In this document: piece by piece, positions 9,285-19,012 of the stretch
Numbering within the stretch: position 1 is the stretch's first letter
How the letters are laid out: each line of letters starts with the position of its first letter
Assembly (NCBI GenBank): GCA_965203315.1
Contig: OZ241857.1
Location: 608,001-672,000, forward strand
Length of the DNA: 64,000 bases
DNA from: Nitrosopumilus sp.
Lineage (GTDB): Archaea; Thermoproteota; Nitrososphaeria; Nitrososphaerales; Nitrosopumilaceae
Direction: 5' to 3'
The notes under the pieces: model-generated
The model's database searches: none
Told to the model about the DNA's origin: nothing
The model's input: only the letters and a program-made list of their open reading frames with translations
Made by a program: the position numbers and the translations under genes

Positions 9285-12200
9285 TTAATCCTGTAATATC
9301 AATAAAAGACCGTTCTTGACATGAATGTTTGCTGTGGACTGAGATATGCTAAACGATCCACTAGTAAAATCAAAGTCGTTACTGTATGATGTACAACTTC
9401 CCCCTCTGGCAGAATTTAATGCCGAGATACATGCTGTTGGTTTAGGTGGAAATTTACTTACTAGTAGATCGTTGCCAGGAACAGGTAACCCACTACTACT
9501 CACATATGCATTTACAACAAATTCGACCATATCGCCAGACTCTACAGGGATCTGTACAGTAGTCTTTGCATTTTGCAGTGGGAAAGATAACCCAAGCTTA
9601 TTGATCACATTGAATGTATTACTTAGTGATGTTGATGGTTGTGACTGTGCAGATGTACCATAATACAGTATACCAGTAGAGTATAATTCCATATTTTTCA
9701 AAACGGTTAATTCTAATGCCAATACACCCAAACTGCCCGAATTGATACTATCGTGTATTCTCTGATTGTATGCGCTTTGCTTGGCAAACGTTGAATAATA
9801 GTCTAGGGCACCCCTTTGCTTTTCATTAATCTCATCCCAGTCTCGATATTTAGCACCATCAGGAGGGTCATACATTTGAACAAAAGCTGAAGAACATTTT
9901 AAAGCGCTCATTATACTTCCATACCATCTCCATGTATCTGTTACTTTGCCGACACATACAGGGACCCCAACTTGTGATTTCGTTTTAGTGCTGTATGTGG
10001 ATTCAGATGATCCCGCAAAATCTATGTCAAGTACAGCACTCAGGTATCCATCTGCAGAAGCCATGTAAAATCCTGTTGTTTGTACTTTTGCCAAAGATGT
10101 AGCAGCACCATTATACGACACTACATAATCAGATGACTCTTGCTCTGGTATTATCTTGACACGTAGATTGTTCTCTATCCATTTTGTCGCAAGTTCTATG
10201 TATTCGCCATTTATCTTCATTTTGATGAGGGATGATTTGGGAATTAATGGTATGTACATGGCACTATTGTCGTCATATCTCTTATTCAAGTATGGTATAG
10301 AAGTGTCATCTATGTGTAGATCTGTAACTGTTAATGCCTTTGGAAAGACCAATCTAACAAATGCCTGTGGTATATACACACTGTTCTCTTGCCAATCAAA
10401 TTGTATAGAATTAGAATTGTATCCATCTAAAATAACTCCATTGTTTATATCACCTATCCATATCGCAGAGTTTGGGAATATAGATAATTCTATAGGTGTA
10501 TCATCTCTAGCTGGTAGAAACACTTGATCCTTTCTTAATGATATTGTACCTGAACTATCTGAATGTCCTGTAACCAGTACATGTTTCTCAGAACGTATCT
10601 CGTATGGTGTGTTGGGTGGCAGATCTGTTACAGTTAATATTCTGTCTTGGTCCTCATCAGGTATGTTTAACAACCATATCTTTGCTTCTGTGAGTTGGTC
10701 GTCTCCTAGATGTGACTCGTTCCTATTCATCTCAGAGAATACGTGATCACGAGTCAGATATGTTTGCGTGTTAAACAACGGTACCTGTTCTTTTGTTATC
10801 AAGATGTAGTTAGTGCCTGATGTTGGAAAGTTGACAAACAATTGACTATGCGTAGCATTTGAATTGTACGAGTTACACCAAAAAGTACCATAATTCATGG
10901 CACCGAGATTTATCGAATATGTGGTATACCGACTAGATCTATATGAATACGAGTACGAGTCTTGATTAAAAGTACATCCATCATCATTTGACTGTTCTCC
11001 CAAGATATCATAATGTGCAGCAATTGGTCTGTTTAGGGGATGAGGATTCTGCATCTTGAATATGACATTTGAGACTCCTGTTTCGGTATATCTGCCGTGT
11101 GTAGGAAATGTTCCATACGTGCATCTCGTTTCAACAATTGGCAGATAGTTAGACGGGCAACTCGGAAAAGTAAAAGCAGCACCACTTCCATGTAAACCAC
11201 CACTATAACTATAACCGAATCTATTCCAAAAATAGTTATCGGTCATGGTATAATCATTTAATCTGTTTGACTCGCTGTTTAAGATTTGTACATGTAGTCC
11301 AGGTTCTAAAAATGTATGCAACAGTAAAGTTTGACCCTTTAATGAATCGTCTAGTTGTATCAACACCTTGTCTGAGACTTGACTTTGTGGACATGCTTGG
11401 TTATGAGCTATTAACATTCTTGTTGTAGCAGTGTTTGTATAACTACCATAACCAGATGCTGTTTTTCTTGGAAATATATCATAACAATCTGCATTGTGTG
11501 ATCTCTTTTTACATTTCTTAGAATAGGTTTTATCATTAGGGGTTACATCGGAACAGATCTCTTCTGTTGAACCATCAACTGTATTTTTGAATAAAAGATA
11601 ACCAGGATATCGATCAGTGGCTGGAATATACTCTACTTGCTTCTTTCCAACTAGTTTGTGTATCGTGTGATCTCGTAACAGTTCCGGACCCCAATTATCC
11701 CTATATGATTTGGTAAACGTCTTGTCGGGATTGTATCTAAATTTACTATTGTCCATCGAGATAGTAGCAGTTATCTTTTCTCCTCTGTCACGTACAGCTG
11801 CAATCCAATACGTGTCGTCTTGGACTGTACGATATGAAGATAGATCATACTGATAGCCTGTTCTATCTCTAATGCCTTCATATAGTTTACCTGTGATATC
11901 ATAATTTACGATGCTCATAGATACGCCGAGTCCACCAAGTGTTGACTGTCCTATGTTTATGGGATTGCTGGAATTTCCTTGTGTACTAGTTTGAGTGTTA
12001 TTCCTGTTTGGATCTATATCCATAGATATCGGTATCACGTTTCCAAATGATGTGATTATCTCACCAGATGTTGCGTTGGATGGCCAATATTCATTGATGC
12101 TAGGTACGCGTCTCTCCAGAGTACTGTCATTATCATCTAGTGTACCACCTGACAAATCATCCGATTGAATCTCGCGTACAAGATTTGCTGTATTGTCATA

Positions 12201-12419
12201 AAATCGATACTTTACAATATGTGATGTGTCTTTGCCACGATTCTCTAATGTAACATGTGTACCATTATACACAGCATGAATCTCTTCTTGCTTTTTCTGT
12301 TGATCAATACTTGATGATATTGTTGACGTGGTTGATGTCTCTAGTATGGTGGAGCCGACATATGTTCCCATACCAAGTATAGCTGTGATTATTATTGTGG
12401 CTGCGAGTACTTGATTCAT
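9285..12419 (-). CDS. Large (1044 aa) surface protein with archaeal pilin-like N-terminal domain; putative adhesin/minor pilin
   Basis: Hydrophobic N-terminus followed by KQEEI...LENRG...IITSFGN, a pattern shared with 20331-21578. The rest is Ser/Thr/Tyr/Cys-rich and looks beta-rich. Confidence 0.6.
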   Translation of the reverse strand: MNQVLAATIIITAILGMGTYVGSTILETSTTSTISSSIDQQKKQEEIHAVYNGTHVTLENRGKDTSHIVKYRFYDNTANLVREIQSDDLSGGTLDDNDSTLERRVPSINEYWPSNATSGEIITSFGNVIPISMDIDPNRNNTQTSTQGNSSNPINIGQSTLGGLGVSMSIVNYDITGKLYEGIRDRTGYQYDLSSYRTVQDDTYWIAAVRDRGEKITATISMDNSKFRYNPDKTFTKSYRDNWGPELLRDHTIHKLVGKKQVEYIPATDRYPGYLLFKNTVDGSTEEICSDVTPNDKTYSKKCKKRSHNADCYDIFPRKTASGYGSYTNTATTRMLIAHNQACPQSQVSDKVLIQLDDSLKGQTLLLHTFLEPGLHVQILNSESNRLNDYTMTDNYFWNRFGYSYSGGLHGSGAAFTFPSCPSNYLPIVETRCTYGTFPTHGRYTETGVSNVIFKMQNPHPLNRPIAAHYDILGEQSNDDGCTFNQDSYSYSYRSSRYTTYSINLGAMNYGTFWCNSYNSNATHSQLFVNFPTSGTNYILITKEQVPLFNTQTYLTRDHVFSEMNRNESHLGDDQLTEAKIWLLNIPDEDQDRILTVTDLPPNTPYEIRSEKHVLVTGHSDSSGTISLRKDQVFLPARDDTPIELSIFPNSAIWIGDINNGVILDGYNSNSIQFDWQENSVYIPQAFVRLVFPKALTVTDLHIDDTSIPYLNKRYDDNSAMYIPLIPKSSLIKMKINGEYIELATKWIENNLRVKIIPEQESSDYVVSYNGAATSLAKVQTTGFYMASADGYLSAVLDIDFAGSSESTYSTKTKSQVGVPVCVGKVTDTWRWYGSIMSALKCSSAFVQMYDPPDGAKYRDWDEINEKQRGALDYYSTFAKQSAYNQRIHDSINSGSLGVLALELTVLKNMELYSTGILYYGTSAQSQPSTSLSNTFNVINKLGLSFPLQNAKTTVQIPVESGDMVEFVVNAYVSSSGLPVPGNDLLVSKFPPKPTACISALNSARGGSCTSYSNDFDFTSGSFSISQSTANIHVKNGLLLILQD

Positions 12420-12519
12420 GTATTGTTAGGTGTATTTGTATTAAGAATTGCAAATCTACGAATTAATAGATTAGATCGACTAAGAAGTTTAGATATATTC
12501 AAGTTGTGAACTGTTAGAT

Positions 12520-13367
12520 ATGGTGAAGAGGCGACAGTTGGAGGCATTTGGGGAGATATTTGGTTCTCTTGAATCTGTAAAACGATTCAAAGATAGGAAC
12601 TACAAATGTCCATTTGATGTTCGCATAGACTCTTGTGACAAGCCTAATCGAACTGTTCACAAATACGGAAACTGCTCCGCACGTATCGGAGATCAAAACA
12701 GATAATATGTCCAAGAAGGTTTTATGAAGGTGACTATCAAATCTTAAAGGATATACGCAACTTTGTTTGGGGAAACAGCACCACAGTAAACATACATGAC
12801 GAAGTGAAACTATCCAAAAGTCTAGGATCTGACAAATTTGATTATGGTAATTTGGACTGGATCATGACAGATTGCGAAGATGCTGATAGATTTATTGGTG
12901 TTGAGATTCAATCTGACTCCACAACCGGTACTGGCTCATTTGCCGATGCAATAGATGATCTATTAAATAACAGGCTGCAAGAAAGTTACACCTTTGGCTT
13001 GAATACAATGGCATCTTTCAAGGGATTTCTGCCTCAATTCATCTTTAAAGGCCAGTTATTTGATGAGTGGAAGATGCCATATGTGGCAGTTATGCAGGAT
13101 GAACTATGGGAAAAGTTTGTCTCAAAGTTTAGAATACAATCACACATGATAGACAAATACACTACAGAAACATTTTTGTTTTTCATATACTCGTTGAAAA
13201 AGTCAAACGATGGATATCACATAATCATGAACAAGGTCATGGCCACTAGATGGGTTGATCTGTTGTTATCATTTGCGGTAGATGGAAAACTATTGATAAA
13301 TTATAACGAAGTCAAAGAGATAATAAAGAGAAAGATCGACAAGTATGAGCCAATCTCAACATTCTAA
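12520..13367 (+). pseudogene. NotI-family restriction endonuclease, frameshifted at about 12700
   Basis: Frame 1 encodes CPF...C...GNCS. After a one-base shift at gatcaaaacagataata the frame continues IICPRRFYE...DEVKL...GNLDW...VEIQS...TTGTG. This gives four Fe-S Cys and a PD-(D/E)xK-like core. 848 bp + 1 = 283 codons. Confidence 0.8.
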
Positions 13368-14411
13368 TCCTGTATCCAAAAATTTTTTAATTCGCTGTTC
13401 AGCGTGTTTCAAATATCTCTTGCTTGTGTCAATTCCTATACCGCGCTTGCCATATTTTAACGCGGATATTATGCTTGTGCCTGTACCAACAAATGGATCA
13501 AGTACTATACCATCTTTAGGACATGTCGATTTTATTGGTATCTCTAACAATGTTGTTGGATAAACTGCACAATGAATATCTTTACGATGTGTGTCTTCGG
13601 GTACTATTGACCATAGATCAGTGGGCATAAAACCCTCTGATTTTTGTTCAATGACATAGTATCCATTCATCTGTAGTTCTCTAGTTCTGCCACTTAGTCG
13701 TTCACTATCTCCATGTGATGTTCTCTGTTGACCACGTATGGTCATTCTGAAGTCAACTGTTTTGCCGTTTGCCATGTTATCTATTGCTTGATCAAGTGCA
13801 CGTAATGCATTCTCTTTCTCACTAGTTGTGAGTTTTGTTGATGTGTTTATCTGCTGTCTGTATCTGACACCACTTGTACCCGTAATTGATACCAAACGAC
13901 CATTACGTCTTTTAGGTTGGCTATTGTGCTTGATCAGTATGCTCTTTCTATCGTAATAGTATTTTGGATTCTTTACAAAATGAAACACATACTCATGCAA
14001 ATCTCGTAGTCTGTCTTTTGCACTCTGAGTCATACGAACCTTGTTCCATATTATGTCGTTACGCAGTATCCATCCTCTATCTTTTAATGCTAGTGCTACT
14101 CTCCAAGGCATTCCCAAGAGATCTTTATTTACATACTTGTCACCAATATTGAGCCAGAATGATCCTCGATCATCTAGAACTCTATAGACTTGATCAAAGA
14201 CGTTCAATAGATTTGAGAGATACTCGTCAAAACTACTCTCAAGACCTATACTGCCTTTAACATCATATTCACGTTGACCCCAATACGGTGGTGATGTTAC
14301 AACACAATTTATCGACTTTGCTGTAAACCCCTTCAATACATCTTCTGCCCTACCATGTAGTAAATCAAACTGATCTACGTTATGCGCTTGATAATATGTG
14401 ATATCCATCAT
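13356..14411 (-). CDS. N4-cytosine/N6-adenine DNA methyltransferase (beta class)
   Basis: VTSPPYW catalytic motif near the N-terminus, HCAVYP, and VLDPFVGTGT motif I near the C-terminus. Convergent with the NotI-like gene. Confidence 0.92.
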   Translation of the reverse strand: MMDITYYQAHNVDQFDLLHGRAEDVLKGFTAKSINCVVTSPPYWGQREYDVKGSIGLESSFDEYLSNLLNVFDQVYRVLDDRGSFWLNIGDKYVNKDLLGMPWRVALALKDRGWILRNDIIWNKVRMTQSAKDRLRDLHEYVFHFVKNPKYYYDRKSILIKHNSQPKRRNGRLVSITGTSGVRYRQQINTSTKLTTSEKENALRALDQAIDNMANGKTVDFRMTIRGQQRTSHGDSERLSGRTRELQMNGYYVIEQKSEGFMPTDLWSIVPEDTHRKDIHCAVYPTTLLEIPIKSTCPKDGIVLDPFVGTGTSIISALKYGKRGIGIDTSKRYLKHAEQRIKKFLDTGLEC

Positions 14412-14830
14412 CTGTTTTGATCGTTTTTTAGATAAAGAACTCGGTATTAATAATTTTGTGTGAATCTATATAACAAGCGATCGTCTTTATGAATGATCCA
14501 TATAGATTTGATAGTCTGCAAGAGATAATGGTAAATTATGATGGTGGCAGTATCGACTCAAATGAACTCCATACATCTGAAGCAAAATCTTGAATTAATC
14601 TAAATATGGATTCTGACATATCTAGCTCTGATTCTTGTGACGTATCATTTAGAGTACTTATGTTATCGTCAGCCGCAATCGAGGCAGTGAGTGGAACATT
14701 AATGACATTCGTTCATGGTATCTGTCGTAACTGCCACAAGTTACTTGGTTCATGCATAGTTAGACCGGTTTATATTAAGAACAGACATTAGTTAAGAGAA
14801 CCATGTTTTGTTCAAAAAGTGTCATCAGAG

Positions 14831-15331
14831 TTATCTGCGAACATGTTTAAAATCTTTAGGCATGTGGAATCTGGAATTGTACAGTAGAGTTAAAATCTCA
14901 TCAGCCTCGTCAAAGCTTTTAATTCCTTTATCTTCCAACATTATGATCAATCCAATTAATCCTGTATGTTTTATTTTTAATTTTAATGCTGATTTTCGTG
15001 CATCGCCATCATCTAATACACAATAAACACTATTCTCATAACCTCCTAATTTTAGATAGGTCAAGATTACATCTATCTCGCCCTCTTTTAATTTAGATGT
15101 GGTTAATTTGAAATTCATAATCTCTACAAATGAATTTCTTTCTGAATATGTGAGTTTACCTTCTTTAATTAGTTTTTGTACATCTATATTTAATGCCTTG
15201 GCATCCACCTCTTTTTGAACATATTTTGGGATCACTAGTTCATGTCCCAACTTTAAAATATCATCAAAGACATCAGGTCTATTGATAAGATCAAATATTC
15301 CAATCAACACAGACGCGTCTAATATCTTCAT
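14831..15331 (-). CDS. PIN-domain protein (DUF3368-like), putative toxin, copy 1
   Basis: ILDASVLI, GEIDVI, LDDGDARK, HTGLIGLI motifs. ATGA overlap with the upstream gene. Confidence 0.85.
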   Translation of the reverse strand: MKILDASVLIGIFDLINRPDVFDDILKLGHELVIPKYVQKEVDAKALNIDVQKLIKEGKLTYSERNSFVEIMNFKLTTSKLKEGEIDVILTYLKLGGYENSVYCVLDDGDARKSALKLKIKHTGLIGLIIMLEDKGIKSFDEADEILTLLYNSRFHMPKDFKHVRR

Positions 15332-15942
15332 AACTCTAGTTTCAGTAATCCTCTATCAAGCATCTTACGTTGCATATCATATACTGTTTCACCTAATAGA
15401 TCTCCTCCTCGTCCACCACTAAGATTTTCTTTTGCAATCATTGAAAATATATGCTCTTCGATATCGGGTTTGAGTTTTTCATATGTTTTAGAACCTTTGG
15501 TCATATCTGGATACTCACAATACATGAAAGATAGCATCTCTGGAATAGTTACGTCATTTAGAGTATCTTTATAGTTGTGAAATACCCATCCCATAGTTGG
15601 ATTAAATGCGTCTTCAAACTCTGGGAAACCGCCCTTCTCTTCTCCAATCATTCTGGCGTACTCTGTGCTATGCTTGGTTAATTGAATAGTATCGTCCTGT
15701 TCGATCAGTAGTTCCATTTGTACTAGACGTTCCAAAGTATCGTTCAAAACTGCACTGTAGGGACCATCATCCTTTATTGTAAAATTACACCACTCTCTTA
15801 TTTCTGGATATGGAGCACCTAGCATGTACATCAAGACTTGAAGTTTCTGTCTACCGTATATTGGCTCGTCATCCACATATACGAGTAAAAGTATGTACTT
15901 TTCGAGTTCGCTGATCTCTAGAGTTGCAGTGTCTATTACCAT
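15328..15942 (-). CDS. Putative antitoxin: YwgA/SocA(Panacea)-like winged helix fused to UPF0175-like C-terminus, copy 1
   Basis: GRQKLQVLMY...F...GPYS..L..TLE.L wHTH signature. C-terminal LSGGRGGDLLG resembles the UPF0175 IS.GKAAELLG motif. Confidence 0.7.
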   Translation of the reverse strand: MVIDTATLEISELEKYILLLVYVDDEPIYGRQKLQVLMYMLGAPYPEIREWCNFTIKDDGPYSAVLNDTLERLVQMELLIEQDDTIQLTKHSTEYARMIGEEKGGFPEFEDAFNPTMGWVFHNYKDTLNDVTIPEMLSFMYCEYPDMTKGSKTYEKLKPDIEEHIFSMIAKENLSGGRGGDLLGETVYDMQRKMLDRGLLKLEL

Positions 15943-16275
15943 GTTATTTCAACGGTATAACGACATAAAAACATTTTGAAATTGTACAGTCATGGTACCA
16001 GTGCTGACCTGAAAGCATTTTGTAGATCTGAAACAAAGTCTTGAATTAATCCAACTAGGGTTCTGCTATGTCTGATTCTGATCCTTGTGACGTATCATTC
16101 AGAGTGTTTGTGTTATCGTTAGCCGCAATCGAGGCAGTGAGTGGAACATTAATGATATTAGTTCATGGTATCTGTCGTAACTGCTACAAGTTACTTGGTT
16201 CATGTATAGCTAGTTGTTTATATTAAGAATAACTAGCCAAGAGAATAGTATTTTGTTCAAAAAATATCATAAGAG

Positions 16276-16776
16276 TTATCTACGAATATGTTTAAAATCC
16301 TTAGGCATGTGGAATTTGGAATTGTACAGTAGGGTTAGAATCTCATCAGCCTCGTCAAAGCTTTTAATTCCCTTGTCTGCCAACATTAGGATCAATCCAA
16401 TTAATCCTGTGTGTTTTATTTTTGCTTTTGATGATACTTTTCGTGCATAGCCATCATCTAGTACACAGTAGACGTTATTTTTGTATCCTCCTAGTTTTGT
16501 ATAGGTCAAGATTACATCTATCTCGCCCTCTTTTAATTTACGCGCTGTTGATTTGAAATGCATAATTTCTATAAATGAATTTCTTTCTGAATATGTGAGT
16601 TTACCTTCTTTAATTAGTTTTTGTACATCTATGTTTGTTGACTTGGCTTCCACTTCTTTTTGAACATATTTTGGGATCACTAGTTCATGTCCTAATTTTA
16701 AAATATCGTCAAAGACATCTGGTCTATTGATAAGATCAAATATTCCAATTAACACAGACGCGTCTAATATCTTCAT
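16276..16776 (-). CDS. PIN-domain protein (DUF3368-like), copy 2
   Basis: Same motifs and same length (166 aa) as copy 1. Confidence 0.85.
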   Translation of the reverse strand: MKILDASVLIGIFDLINRPDVFDDILKLGHELVIPKYVQKEVEAKSTNIDVQKLIKEGKLTYSERNSFIEIMHFKSTARKLKEGEIDVILTYTKLGGYKNNVYCVLDDGYARKVSSKAKIKHTGLIGLILMLADKGIKSFDEADEILTLLYNSKFHMPKDFKHIRR

Positions 16777-17387
16777 AACTCTAGTTTCAGTAATCCTCTG
16801 TCAAGCAACTTGCGTTGCATGTCATATACCGTTTCACCCAATAGATCTCCGCCTCGTCCACCACCAAGATTTTCTTTTGCGATCATTGAAAATATATGCT
16901 CTTCAATATCGGGTTTGAGTTTTTCATATGTTTTAGAACCTTTGGTCATATCTGGATACTCACAATACATGAAAGATAGCATCTCTGGAATAGTTACGTC
17001 ATTTATGATATCTTTGTGGTTCTGAAATACCCATGACATTGCTGGATTAAATACATCTAGAACTTCTGGAAATCCGCCTTTCTCTTCTCCTATCATTCTA
17101 GCGTACTCTATACTATGCTTGGTTAATTGAATAGCATCGTCCTGTTCTACTAGTAGATCCATATGTACTAGACGTTCCAGAGTATCGTTCAAAACTGCAC
17201 TGTAGGGACCATCATCTTTTATTGTAAAATTGCACCACTCTCTTATTTCTGGATATGGATCACCTAGCATATACATCAAGAGTTGTAGTTTCTGCCTACC
17301 GTGTATCGGCTCATCATCCACATATACTAGCAAAAGTATGTACTTTTCTAGCTCGCTGATCTCTAGGGTTGCAGTATCTATTGCCAT
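16773..17387 (-). CDS. Putative wHTH/UPF0175-like antitoxin, copy 2
   Basis: 204 aa paralog of 15328-15942. Confidence 0.7.
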   Translation of the reverse strand: MAIDTATLEISELEKYILLLVYVDDEPIHGRQKLQLLMYMLGDPYPEIREWCNFTIKDDGPYSAVLNDTLERLVHMDLLVEQDDAIQLTKHSIEYARMIGEEKGGFPEVLDVFNPAMSWVFQNHKDIINDVTIPEMLSFMYCEYPDMTKGSKTYEKLKPDIEEHIFSMIAKENLGGGRGGDLLGETVYDMQRKLLDRGLLKLEL

Positions 17388-17720
17388 GTTATTTCATCTG
17401 TATAACGACATAAAAACATTTTGAAATCGTACAGTCATGGTACCAGTGCTGACCTGAAAGCATTTTGTAGATCTGAAACAAAGTCTTGAATTAATCCAAC
17501 TAGGGTTCTGCTATGTCTGATTCTGATCCTTGTGACGTATCATTTAGAGTGTTTGTGTTATCGTTAGCCGCAATCGAGGCAGTGAGGGGAACATTAATGA
17601 TATTAGTTCATGGTATCTGTCGTAACTGCTACAAGTTACTTGGTTCATGTATAGCTAGTTGTTTATATTAAGAATAACTAGCCAAGAGAATAGTATTTTG
17701 TTCAAAAAATATCATAAGAG

Positions 17721-18354
17721 TTATCTACGAATATGTTTAAAATCCTTAGGCATATGGAATTTTGAATTATACAGTAGGGTTAGAAGCTCATCAGCCTCGT
17801 CAAAGCTTTTAATTCCCTTGTCTGCCAACATTAGTATCAATCCAATTAATCCTGTATGTTTTATTTTTAATTTTGATGCTGACTTTCGTGCATTACCATC
17901 ATCTAATACACAATAGACGTTATTTTTGTGTCCTCCTAGTTTCAGATAGGTCAAGATTACATCTATCTCACCCTCTTTTAATTTTCGCGCATTTGGTTTG
18001 AAATTCATGATCTCTGCTAATGAATTTTTTTCTAAACTGGTGAGTTTGCCTTGTTTGATTAATTCTTGTACATCTATAGTCACGAACGGAATTGTTTTCT
18101 TGTTTACTTTTGCATATGTGAGATCAGAGACGAAATTTACCTCTAGCGGAACGGATAATGCCAAATTGTGATACTATGCACTCGGAAAATTATTATGTTC
18201 ACGACTATATATTTGATGGCTTAGCCTCTAACTCTTTTTGAACATATTTTGGGATCACTAGTTCATGTCCTAATTTTAAAATATCATCAAAGACATCTGG
18301 CCTATTGATAAGATCAAATACGCCAATCAACACAGACGTGTCCAATATCTTCAT
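17721..18354 (-). pseudogene. PIN-domain protein copy 3, interrupted by a MITE
   Basis: Starts MKILDTSVLIG at 18354. Removing the 133-bp insertion restores 501 bp (166 aa), the same as copies 1 and 2. Confidence 0.9.
18077..18207. mobile_element. 131-bp MITE with TA target duplication (IS630/Tc1-like)
   Basis: Absent from the two sister PIN genes. Imperfect TIRs tagtcacgaac...ttttc / gaaaa...gttcacgacta, with TA on both sides. Confidence 0.82.
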
Positions 18355-18965
18355 AACTCTAGTTTCAGTAATCCTCTGTCAAGCAACTTGCGTTGCATAT
18401 CGTATGCAGTTTCGCCCAACAACTCTCCTCCTCGTCCACCACTAATCTTTTCTTTTGCAATTATTGAAAATATGTGTTCTTCAATATCTGGTTTGAGTTT
18501 TTCATATGTTTTAGAACCTTTGGTCATATCCGGATACTCACAATACATGAAGGATAACATCTCTGGAATAGTTACGTCATTTATGATATCTTTATGATTA
18601 TGAAATACCCATCCCATAGTTGGATTAAATGCGTCTTCAAACTCTGGGAATCCACCTTTCTCTTCTCCAATCATTATGGCGTACTCTATGCTATGTTTGG
18701 TTAATTGAATAGTATTGTTTTTTTCGACTAGCATATCCATGTCTACGAGACGCCCCAAAGTATCGTCTAAAGATACACTGTATGGACCATCATCCTTTAT
18801 TGTAAAATCACACCACTCTCTGATCTCTGGATATACATCACCTATCATGTACATCAGGACTTGGAGCTTTTGCCTACCGTATATGGGCTCATCATCCACA
18901 TATACTAGCAAAAGTATGTACTTTTCTAGCTCGCTGATCTCTAGGGTTGCAGTATCTATTGCCAT
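18351..18965 (-). CDS. Putative wHTH/UPF0175-like antitoxin, copy 3
   Basis: 204 aa paralog of copies 1 and 2. Confidence 0.7.
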   Translation of the reverse strand: MAIDTATLEISELEKYILLLVYVDDEPIYGRQKLQVLMYMIGDVYPEIREWCDFTIKDDGPYSVSLDDTLGRLVDMDMLVEKNNTIQLTKHSIEYAIMIGEEKGGFPEFEDAFNPTMGWVFHNHKDIINDVTIPEMLSFMYCEYPDMTKGSKTYEKLKPDIEEHIFSIIAKEKISGGRGGELLGETAYDMQRKLLDRGLLKLEL

Positions 18966-19012
18966 GTTATTTCATCTGTATAAAGACATAAAAACATTCT
19001 GAAATCACACAG

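Noticed and set aside
17721-18164. ORF-track 147-aa PIN protein with a novel N-terminus
   Set aside because: The N-terminus is MITE sequence. The real gene starts at 18354 and is interrupted.
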